Below are positions 49,601-60,168 of a stretch of DNA of 64,000 bases, one piece after another. The notes beneath the pieces were generated by a model. That model was given only the letters and a program-made list of their open reading frames with translations. It searched no databases and had not been told where the DNA came from. Positions within the stretch are counted from its first letter, which is position 1, and each line of letters begins with the position of its first letter. Made by a program: the position numbers and the translations under genes. This DNA comes from Azolla caroliniana (Eukaryota; Plantae; Polypodiophyta), in contig JBHGNT010000016.1 of NCBI GenBank assembly GCA_043228905.1, positions 930,001 to 994,000 of the forward strand, written 5' to 3'.

Positions 49601-50405
49601 TTTCTACAATTTATAGATATAATTTTGTTTCTTTCTCCCTGTCAAAAGCAATGTCAGTTTATTGAAGAAGTAAATGAGCTTCCTGTTTCAGTGTGAATGA
49701 GGAAACCAAACAAAGACTTTACTGAACATGCATGGTATTTATGTCTCATTCATCGAAACTATACTGAATAAGAAGGAAACGAGTTTCCCTATTTAGATTT
49801 AGTGTAAAATGGAAAAGCAAAAATGTTTTTTACTCAACAAGTATCACATGTCTACAATTTCACGAGATAAAATGGACGAGAAATACTTCTAGAAATGCAA
49901 ATGTCTTCTGAATACGACAAGTTCGAACCCATCCACGAACTGTCATTTTCTGTCCAACACGCTCTAAGCCTTCATCCGTTCCTCCTTTGATATCAGCAAC
50001 CCTTAACCTCTTCTGGAATGTTCCCACTGATAGTTTAAACGAAGAATTCTTCTGATCCTTATCCTTTTCCCCGACCTTTGATGATGATGGTGCTGTGGAT
50101 GGTTGCTCAATCTCTTGCACGTCTGAGCTTGAGCAATAGAGCTTCTTGACAGAACCACATATGTTTCTTCTTGTTCTTACCTGAGAGGGCGAATAAATAT
50201 GCGTTAGGGTTTCTGGATAACTGGGAAGAAGGGTTGAGAATCGAGTGTAGTTGTTGCTGTTGACGTGGGCGATGCAAAGGACATTGACATGGCTGAGCAG
50301 AAGAGAAGAAGGGCGTGAAGAATGGTTGCTGCTCTTGAAGATAAAGGAGGTAAGGGCGTGGCGAGCAGTAGCAGGGCATGGATGGACGCAGAGATGGGCA
50401 GACAT
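43687..50405 (-). CDS. Asparaginyl-tRNA synthetase, organellar (chloroplast/mitochondrial) type; 15 exons: 50405-49887, 49208-49140, 49041-48937, 48858-48751, 48635-48498, 48421-48341, 48150-48073, 47979-47911, 47834-47760, 46573-46490, 44600-44514, 44426-44331, 44211-44137, 44055-43929, 43802-43687
   Basis: Ser-rich transit peptide, then [92 protein letters not shown] and [12 protein letters not shown]...IRDVIPFPR. All introns are GT-AG and all phases are consistent. Confidence 0.96.
45032..45501 (+). mobile_element. Possible LTR remnant in AsnRS intron 10
   Basis: TGTGTC...GACACA termini, preceded by purine-rich AAGGG, with an internal AATAAA. No TSD found. Confidence 0.3.
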
Positions 50406-52099
50406 GGCTCCTCCTCCTGTTCTTCTTCTGCTCGTCTCTGCTGTCCTTTTCGTTTGCTTGTTAAGTATGTATGTACGTAAAGAACAGAGGAGGAGGAGGA
50501 GGAAGAAGAGACAGAAAAAAGAAGAAGGAAGAAGGAAATTGCAGTCCATATCCACTCCAAACCATTTAGTTTGGTGGTTTCATTCATCGTTAATCGGCTC
50601 GAGATTTCGGGTATTTACCCAAATGCCCCTCCCCGTCTGAGCTGAACTTTCTGAAATTCCTACACGATACCCTCCCTTCCCTCGTCTTCTGCGTTCTTCT
50701 TAGTTCCAACTTCCAACTTCCTTCCCTCCATAACCTCTATATATATATATATATATATATATATGTTATGTACATACTCTAATGGCCCCCGCCCTAGCCA
50801 CACTTCTTCACACTCTCTCCACTATTCCTGTCCTTGCATCTGACACTATATGTCTTTGTTACGCTATATGTCTTTGCTTTATACATATCGTTTCTCGTGA
50901 CCTCATAGATGCCACATCGACCAAATCTCTGTCACTTGCTATGGCAAGCTATTCCAATCTAGGTAGTAGAAGAGAGTCGTTATTGTTGCCACATGGAACG
51001 AGTTACCGAGTTCAAGACACATCCATCTCTCACATCGGATGCATCCATGAGTTTGACTCGATGTGAATTCAAATGTATCCAACTAATGATTGTGTGATCT
51101 CCAAATACTTGGCACGCCCATCTAAATTATGGTTGGGTTGCCCGCTTCCAAAATTTTGCAACATGCATCATGCACATCCTTTCTACTAATTTCTTATTTA
51201 ACTTGATGGGGCGATTGTTCCTCAAATGTTGTCCAAGTTGTCCAAGTATATTGTAGTATTTATTACTATTAGAGCATTAAGAAATCATTTATGGTTAATT
51301 GCACATTTTGTCTATGCATTATTAAATTAGGAAAATTAATTAATTTGTGGCTTTTGGAGGAAACTTGTGGGCATTTTATGGACTATAGTAAATTAGAGTG
51401 ACGTATCGATCATTTGCTCGGAGCTTTAGTACACCACATGATGAACATAATGCAAGTAAAACATCATAAGTGCATACCAAATAGGTTGAAAGACTTGAAT
51501 ACATAAATCAAAGAGTTTGTAAAGTAAATTGAACATGTGATGAATCGAATGATCGTTTGGTTTAAAGTATTCAGAAATTCATAGAATTATGTTTTTATAT
51601 ATAAGGAAATTGTCCATATTTATTTTCAGAAGTAGTCACTCTATGTTCCACCAAAGTGGAGTTCCTAAACACGTGATTGTTAATATTGAGCATATATATT
51701 TTATCAACACGACGTCAACCGTTTTCCAATTAAAACGACAAGATTCTAATCTTCCTCGTCTCTCAACGTTTTTAATCATGTAATTATGAGTTGAAACTTC
51801 AATTTCCCTTGCATATACATATATACGTCATAACGAAATAACCCAACGTATTTTGGTATAACATTCATCAATTTGATCAAACGAAAGCCTTAATTCCCTC
51901 GACTCGATCAACGCCTTCCATATAGTCTAATGACAACAATGTGAAGCTCAATTTTACAATGTTTGACATTTATTTTATTGTCTTTCAAAGTTAGAATATG
52001 TATGCCATACAATGCTCCCTATTTTGCATCTTGGACATAGCCTACTACATTGATGCATAGTAGACATCACAACAAACATTTTGCATCAATATCATTAAC

Positions 52100-53400
52100 C
52101 ACCAATAAATCTAGTTGGGCTGATTTCAATATGTTATGAATAATCCGTATGGGTTATCATAAATATATCGGTCTTTGACATACATTTGATAATCAATTTC
52201 TTGCCATTTTCATTGAAAATACAAAAAAATCTAATGAAAAGTAGTTAAAGGTTGCTTCCACGGGGAAGCATGTACATTCTTGATGTCGAGACTTGATGGG
52301 ATGATTGAAATTAGTAGCTTATTGACGTATATTGTATGTGGGTTAGCAATGACACGTGGGTATGAAAGTAAAGGAGTCCTAAATTCAAAATACCCATGTT
52401 GAATGCGTTAAGTTGTCTAATTCTGGGGCTACCTCAAAGTTTGTTACCCTACATGTGGAAAATAAAAGTATAGATTATACATCCCAAAACCTAAAATACT
52501 TAAATAATGAGGGCATCAGACGTGAGACCTATATTTATAGAGGTCGAATACAATACCATTACATTTTACTTTTCATTGTTTATGGATATAGTTATTTTAT
52601 AACACATTATGAATCCATCGACAATGAGATGGACGACTTAAATCTTATTAATCCATATGTGATGGTATCTTCTGTGATAAATATACTGCAACAATGGGCA
52701 AGTTTGTTGACTTGAACCATATTACTTTCTCACGTGATCCAATGGTGAAATACAAAATACAAGATTTGTGCTTTCCTCGACCATGGATCACCCATCTTGC
52801 CCCCATCAGACCATATAGAGGATGGTTAACCTGCAACATTCATCGAACATTCTTGGGTCATCAAATAGAGCCATCACATGATGGTATGACAAACTAAAGG
52901 AAAATCGTTTTGTTGGTGACATGCTAATTACATGCATGGTCAACCTTTTAGTAAAAAAATCACTCGACTTCATAAATGAAAACCTTTCAAACCGTAATGT
53001 TAATCATGAGAATGACATGTTCATTTGCTGGAGACACTTTCGTGTCAAAACCTGCAATCTAGCACATTAGATGTTGAATTTGTAGTCAAACATTTCATAT
53101 TGTGTTTTGGTGTTGTACAAACAAAATTCCAAAAAGTTGGTTATATACAAGTGAACATGAGGGTACAAGTCCAACACATTAAGAATCCATGGAAGGTAGC
53201 AAATAGAAGGCCATGTGATACTAAATTTAGTACAAAAACCATTGGTAAAATAGTTCCTCAACCAGGATTCTATAGGATTCCACAATATCTTTCTTATTCT
53301 CTGGTGATTTTCTTGATGGGGCATCTAAAACAGTGTGTTTGCAATTGCTACTTCTAACAAAGATTAAAGCTTTAATGAATGTTAACAAATTTACTACTAT
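52100..53400 (-). mobile_element. Degraded DNA-transposon (hAT-like) transposase relic
   Basis: Minus-strand remnants resemble C..H (catgcatgtaattagcatgt, ~52930) and RW (gcaagatgg, ~52795) motifs. Many stops; boundaries are approximate. Confidence 0.25.
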
Positions 53401-53667
53401 TGCACATTGAGGGACACTCTCACTTTTGATTGAAATCCAACTCACATAACACGTTACACACCTTTAACAATTATGTGTTTTTTTTTTTTCAAAATATGAT
53501 GTGGAAAGAAGGTAACGAGGAGGTAGTCACAACATAAAGTTAGTTGCTAATCATAGGATTACATAGCCACCAATAACAGGGGAAAGCTACTAGAAATATG
53601 CTTATTTGTACTTGAAACTCGAAATGTGTACTTACCTAATCTCGAAACTACCCAAACATGACTATTT

Positions 53668-53919
53668 AGAAGTTGGGGATCCTAATCATAGAATTAGAAA
53701 CAAGATTAGTAGCTTAATGTGCCAATGACGAGAAGCAATACATAAACTTGAGGTATAATCAAGTTTTGAAGTGTCCTATTTGAGTGTGATTATTCAGAAG
53801 TTGGGGCTCCTAATCATAGAATTAGAAACAAGATTAGTAGCTTAATGTGGTAATGATGAGAAGCAAGACATAAACTCGAGGCAAAATCAAGTACTGAAGT
53901 GTCCCATTTGAGTGTGATC
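53668..53919. repeat. Tandem duplication, period 128 bp, 2 copies
   Basis: agaagttgggg.tcctaatcatagaattagaaacaagattagtagcttaatgtg...tgagtgtgat at 53668 and 53796. Confidence 0.9.
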
Positions 53920-54946
53920 AGGGTGCGCAGTCTCGTGTACACATACACACAATGGAATCTGGTTTCGATAGCCCCCCAGGTGAAAGGTTTTGATGTTAAA
54001 GCTTTGCATGTGGTTGGTTGACTAGGAGTTGCGGGTTCGGATCGAGCAGGCAAGGTAGCGAATGCGAGGGTGGGTGGGTAGCTAAGCTCACGGGGAAATT
54101 GGAATGAAGTACCCGATGAGACGAAAATATGTACTAGTGTGGCCCTCCCTAATGTGTACATAATAGACTATAGTAGAGCATTCATTCATTCATTCATTGA
54201 GAGAGAGAAAGGAAGACAAAAAGCTTGTTTGTTTTCAGACCATGGTCCATGACCTAGTAAGTAAAAGTAAGGAAGCTGCTTCTCTGTCTGTCTGTCTGTC
54301 TCTGTTTTGTGTTTGCTCTGTGGCGAGAAGTGAAGAAAGAAAGCCAAGAACGAAAGAAAGAAGAGGAGGAGGGGGCGATCGATCGTGTGAAAGGAAAACC
54401 CAAAGGAGTGTGTGTGTGCGTGAGACAAAACTCAAGCTCGCACGAGGTACTCTTCCCTTCTTGCTCTTCATCTCTTTCTGTTTTCAACTTATAGCTCTCT
54501 CTCATTCTCTCTGTCTGTATATTACAAATTAGGGTTCACAGCCGTCTTTCCTTTTTCGGCGCTTAAAAATTAGCCGTTTTCTTAATTTTGAGATTCACGA
54601 ATTTTGGATTCTGGCTAGTAGTCAACTAGGCCGGTTTTCTTTTTATCGGCAATGTTTGCGTAGAGATTATGTTTCCTTGTTTTCTTTTCTCTGTGTCGGG
54701 TTTGTGTTAAAACCCACTCAGTTCTCTTGTGGTACTTTTCGTCTTATCAGGGTTTCTTGTCATTAATTGGGTGGGGAGAAGAGGACTACTTTCCTTACCC
54801 TGTTTGTGTAGGTTTTTTTTTTTTTTGTGAGTGAGTGTGTGTTTATTTTAAATGGAGACATTTCATATGATGCGTGGGTCTAATTCAGAAGGTTCAAATA
54901 CATTCAGTGGTCTAAATCAGAGAATCTTAAACAACGGAATCTCCAG

Positions 54947-56359
54947 ATGCAGGAAGAAGAATGTGCAGAGTATGAAGAGAACGGCCACATTCATCATCAT
55001 CATCATCCAGGTGCAGAGTACGAAGAGAATGGCTGTATGGAACATCATCATCACAGTGCTGAGTATGAAGAAAATAATGAGCAATATGAAGACCATCTTT
55101 TGGAAGCAAAAATTGAGTTAGAAGAAAATGTCCTTTATGATGATGAAGCTACAATCTTTGAGCAAAATGCCCATCTAATGGAAATAGCACAAATGCATCA
55201 AGAAGGAGAAGAGATTGATATGAAGGATTGTAAAGATCTTGAATTAATGGATTTGAACCCGGCAACTGAGATTGTGATTCATGCGAAAGGTCTCCAGAGA
55301 CGAGTATGGAAGAAAGAGAGATCACAAGCATGGTGGGATAGATGTAATGAACCTGATTTTCCTGAGGCTGAATTTCATCATGCTTTTCGGATGAGCCGCG
55401 CAACTTTTGATCATATTTGTGAAGAAATCGGGCCTGTGGTGTCAAAAGAAGACACAATGCTACGCCAAGCCATACCCGTACAACAGCGTGTCGCTGTATG
55501 TTTATGGCGACTCTCTTCTGGAGAGCCACTTAGACTCCTATCAAAGCGATTTGGTCTTGGTATCTCCACTTGTCATAAGCTTGTGATTGAGGTTTGCACT
55601 GCTATCAATGATGTTTTGTTACCAAAGTATATCCATTGGCCTTCACATGAACATGCCCAAGCTATTCGAGAAGGATTTGAAAGGATTACTGGCATCCCAG
55701 ATATTGTAGGGGCCATTTACACCACCCACATGCCCATCATTGCTCCAAAAGTCAATGTCACCTCTTATTTCAACCGGAAACACACCGAACGAACCCAGAA
55801 AACCTCGTATTCTCTCACTTTACAAGGTGTGGTCGAAGCACATGGGCTGTTCACTGATATATGTATTGGGTGGCCGGGTTCTTACACTGATGAACACGTG
55901 CTCGAGAAATCAGCCCTATATGAAAGGGGGCTTAGTGGATTCTTGCATGGTGATTGGGTTGTTGGTGGGCCAAGTTATCCACCATTGGATTGGTTACTCT
56001 CACCCTATATTCAAGAGCATCTTACATGGACTCAACATGCCTTTAATGAAAGGGTTGAGGAGGCGCTAAAGATAGCGAGGAATGCATTCACTCGGCTTAA
56101 AGGACGGTGGCAATACTTGACAAAACGAGCCGAGATTAAGGTTCAAGAGTTACCAACTATACTTGGTGCTTGTTGTGTTTTACATAACATTTGTGAGCAA
56201 CTTAGTGAACCTTTTGATCCCGACCTTTATATTCCCATTGAAGATGACGACACACCGTGTGAACACATGCCATGGTCTCAACTTTCATTAGAACGGCGTG
56301 AATATATTGCTCACAGTTTCTTGCATAGCATGCATTCGGGTATAATACCATCACTATAA
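54947..56359 (+). CDS. Domesticated PIF/Harbinger transposase-derived protein (HARBI1/ALP1-like; resembles the At5g12010/At4g29780 group), DDE residues lost
   Basis: RRVWKKERS.AWW, FRMSRATF, IPVQQRVAVCLWRL..GEPLR..SKRFGLGISTCHK, GAIYTTH, IGWPGS..D, AFTRLKGRW, ACCVLHNICE. Intact 470-aa ORF; no TIRs or Myb/SANT partner ORF nearby. Confidence 0.9.
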   Translation: MQEEECAEYEENGHIHHHHHPGAEYEENGCMEHHHHSAEYEENNEQYEDHLLEAKIELEENVLYDDEATIFEQNAHLMEIAQMHQEGEEIDMKDCKDLELMDLNPATEIVIHAKGLQRRVWKKERSQAWWDRCNEPDFPEAEFHHAFRMSRATFDHICEEIGPVVSKEDTMLRQAIPVQQRVAVCLWRLSSGEPLRLLSKRFGLGISTCHKLVIEVCTAINDVLLPKYIHWPSHEHAQAIREGFERITGIPDIVGAIYTTHMPIIAPKVNVTSYFNRKHTERTQKTSYSLTLQGVVEAHGLFTDICIGWPGSYTDEHVLEKSALYERGLSGFLHGDWVVGGPSYPPLDWLLSPYIQEHLTWTQHAFNERVEEALKIARNAFTRLKGRWQYLTKRAEIKVQELPTILGACCVLHNICEQLSEPFDPDLYIPIEDDDTPCEHMPWSQLSLERREYIAHSFLHSMHSGIIPSL

Positions 56360-57631
56360 TTGACAGTTTTTGTTTTTTTTTACCATATTCATTTCCAAAT
56401 TTTAAAATGAGAAAATTTTAATATTGAAAACCAGAGTGCATTGTGTACTGTGCATCTTGCATTGTAATAAGTACTAGCTGTTTATGTCAGAAAATATCTG
56501 AGTGGCTATAAATTCCACTCACAAACCATGACTATACATGGATGAATTTGAACTCATTGTCTGATGAGTTTACCACTATTTGGATAAGAAAATGTTGTAA
56601 ACTTGTAACCTGCCACTTTATATATGAGTGGTAAAGCCATTGTGTGGCAAATTATTATTATGATGTGGCAACTGATTATTATGAACAGTATACCCGGAGG
56701 ACAGAGCCACTAACATGGGTTGGGGGTGAAAACTAATCAGAAAATGATCTATATATGAGATTGTACTGTCTTCTCATTGTATACGTTGTGAAGGTTTATT
56801 TCACGTTAATGTGCAAGTGTACCATGTTTTTGAATACCTTTTCATAGGATCCAAATATACCAGAGGATAAATTTGGAAACCAATTAAATGTTGTTTTAAT
56901 GGACTGGTGGCAACATGAAGCCTTGTAATCATTTACCATTCTTAAAGGCGCCCAAAGCTAGATTTTCTTAATTCATCGTGTGATTTATTATTAAGCTATT
57001 GAATTTCTTGGTCCGGCTAGGGAATTGTGTTGACAATGCAAAGGTAATTTACTGGTTCTCTATCAGACCCCAATGGAAGGCAATCATAAGTCAAAACACA
57101 TGAATATGAGAGAAAAAAAGACCGATCAATAGCTTGGTGATAATTGATTGCATTTTACAATTTGTTTTGTTTGGCATTATGAAAAATGTCATGTGGTAGG
57201 AAATTTAATAATCATGTGATGCATAAGTTCCACTGCCAATTGTTACCTTTGGTGGAGATCAAGACATCTATCATCAAGTTAATCTCTCTCCTAAGTAGTA
57301 AGAAATGTTGTGCCTTAAGAATTAAGATGTGCTGTGTTTCATTTTAGCTCTATTGAGGTGGTGCATAAAGACCTAAAATTATTTAAATACTTGCATATGA
57401 GCCATTTGTTGCTCAATGCTGTATTTTACGATTGACAATTATCATGAATCGAACAACATTAAGAGGAAGAACACGATGTTTAAAAAATAGGTGAGATTCA
57501 AACAATTGTAGAGGAGCATTATATCATTGCGCATTCAGATTGGCTATCGGATACTGCCATGCAAATGAGTCAAAAGGCTTTCTCAAATATACAAATATAG
57601 AATAATTTCAATTTTATGAACACAGTCCAAT

Positions 57632-57703
57632 ATCAGAGTGGCGCAGCGGAAGCGTGGTGGGCCCATAACCCACAGGTCCGAGGATCGAAACCTCGCTCTG
57701 ATA
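57632..57703 (+). tRNA. tRNA-iMet (initiator), anticodon CAT
   Basis: ATCAGAGTGGCGCAGCGGAAGCGTGGTGGGCCCATAACCCACAGGTCCGAGGATCGAAACCTCGCTCTGATA. It has A1:T72 and the GATCGAAA T-loop typical of eukaryotic initiators, an upstream CAA and a downstream TTTT. Confidence 0.97.
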
Positions 57704-58396
57704 AGATTATTTCCTACTGTCATGCAAAATTATAATTTAGTATGTATTTGCACTTGTTTGTCTTTTAAAGCTATCAATAAATAGTTCTTTGAGAGAGATT
57801 TTCATGTTCCCTCAACCAGCCTCATATTTTCATAAGGAAAACAACCCTGCATGCATTTTCAGTTTTGTTTCACGAGCTCAACCTTGCTCAAGTGGACATG
57901 TGACGAATGTGGTCCAAGTGCTTGCCACCCATGACATTATGCAACCATAGAACAATCCATCAAAATCTTGTTTCCTTTTGTTTCTAATGAATTTTTGTAT
58001 GTATGATTTGCTATTGAAGCTAGAATCAAAATTTTGAATGTCAAGTGAAAGAAGGAAACAGTAAAGAAATTGTGTCCAATTTTATTACTTGAGAAACAAT
58101 TCATGGTTGGATCATAAGTAGAACACCATCAAACAAAGATCCTATATCTCATATGGTCACATGCAACATTCTGCGTATTTCATGAAATACTCTGCACCAA
58201 TGGCATTCACAACATATCACTCCCAACAAAATAACATACTTTAGATTACCACTGATAGTAACAGATCCCTAAAAAGAAATCTTGAAGCGATGAATCTTCA
58301 CCACTTGACAAAGAATGGATAGCAATAATGTTGGAAGCACTTTGAGAAAGAATCTGATCAGCTGGCATCAAATAGCCATACTAAACATCAAATTTG

Positions 58397-58446
<50 letters not shown>

Positions 58447-59334
58447 ACAATGAATTTTAAAATGATCCCATAGCTATAGCTGTGACGTATTTTAAATGAC
58501 TAAAAGCAATGAGCTGGGCATGCCTGTTATCAGGCAAACTATCATTGAAATAGAGATGCAGTGAACACCCTCCACATTTGTAGTATTACTGCTTATCCAC
58601 AAGCTGGCCTAGTTAATAGTCTATTTATGCATTTCATAAAACAATTACTATAGCTCATCATAGATAGTGCTATTCCTGTGTGGCTGGTATTGCCCCGCCA
58701 TTTACAAAAAGATGTATCAACTATGGTAGCTAAATCCTTCTTACAAATTTTTATTTGAGATTTCGTTAAAAATTGTAAGGCAACATCCAATACCCAAATG
58801 CTAATAGATGTGTGAGACGTGCATGCATGTTACATATATAAAAAAGGTACTTACAAAAGTTTAATAACACAATTGCATTCCTGTAAAGAACATATGATTC
58901 AATGTCCAACATAAAGAGTGCAACTGAAGGGATGCATTTTCAAAACTATTAAAAAGCTTAAGACATTACAAGTCTCCCAAACTTAAAACAGCTTTTAGAC
59001 AAAATACAAATAAAATTCTGTCTTTTATACTAGTTCCCCAAAAACAGACTTGACATCTGTACACTCCCTCCAGAATATATATACATATATAAGAAAAAAG
59101 AAGAGTATATATATATATCAAATGTGCATCTCTCTTATAGGAAAACTATATCTTTTGGCTACACATCTTTCTGCATCTTGAGATAAAAGCATTCAAAGCT
59201 CTTCCCAAAAAGACTAAAAAACATTCACATCCATAAACACTTCAGAAGAAACCAACAGCCCTCGAAAAAGATCACAGTAAACATACCAATTGCTCTCTTT
59301 TCGACGATGTCACAAGGTAATGTCTGTAACATCC

Positions 59335-59695
59335 ACACAACTGCAGTAGAACACTAATATCTCATATGATCATATATCTCTGGTTTCAGAAGATGAACTC
59401 CATAATCGCCATAACTGAACTAACATTCAGATGAACTTCCATAACCGAACTCATAACGTCTACACAACTGCAGTGGAACGCTAATACCTCATATGATCAT
59501 ATATCTCTGGTTTCAGGATGGAACTCCATAAATGCCATAACTGAACTAACACCCAAACAAACTGCCATAACTGAACTAAAACCCAAACAAACTGCCATAA
59601 CTGAACTAAAACCCAAACAAACTGCCATAACTGAACTAAAACCCAAACAAACTGCCATAACTGAACTAACATCCAAACACACTGAACTAACATCT
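59335..59695. repeat. Compound repeat: ~127-bp duplication plus five 30-bp tandem units
   Basis: actgccataactgaactaa(a/c)acccaaacaa x5 (59531-59680); acacaactgcagt...gccataactgaactaac at 59335 and 59462. Confidence 0.92.
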
Positions 59696-60168
59696 GACCT
59701 GGAAGCCAAGAAAACCCCTCTACACCAGATGACAGCAGTATATCACAAAATTGAAATTGCCAGAGTTGCCCACCTGGAACTGCAGCAAGTTCTATCCCAC
59801 TGTTCACTCTACTGCTTGCAGAATATGCACTTTCTGCTAATGTCACACCACAGCATATATACACACACATACATATTTGTACAAAGGTAGGGTTATCCTA
59901 CATTATCATCATCATCTCGAAAATCCAAGAGGGGCATGCTGGGATTAACAATAGCTTGACTTGGTGTTTTTTTACTGTATAGCCTTTTCAAACTTGCCAT
60001 CCCTTTATACAGAGCAAGCCTTGAATTTTCTGTTTCTGAACAATTTGTACATCACATCAGTCTTCATAACATCTCATGTACTACATACAATGGCCCAACT
60101 CCACATGGACCAGCTTATCTCGAGGGCATAGCATATATTGCTAGTCACCAGCCCTTGACAGATATGGT

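Noticed and set aside
49860-50555. ORF-track 231-aa N-terminal extension of AsnRS
   Set aside because: It starts at GTG in a CT-rich 5'UTR. The first in-frame ATG is at 50405 and the ORF runs into intron 1.
59481-59870. ORF with (LVQLWQFVWV)n, and the 30-bp array as a possible CRISPR
   Set aside because: The ORF is a by-product of a 30-bp minisatellite. Units are contiguous with no unique spacers, there are no cas genes, and the context is eukaryotic.
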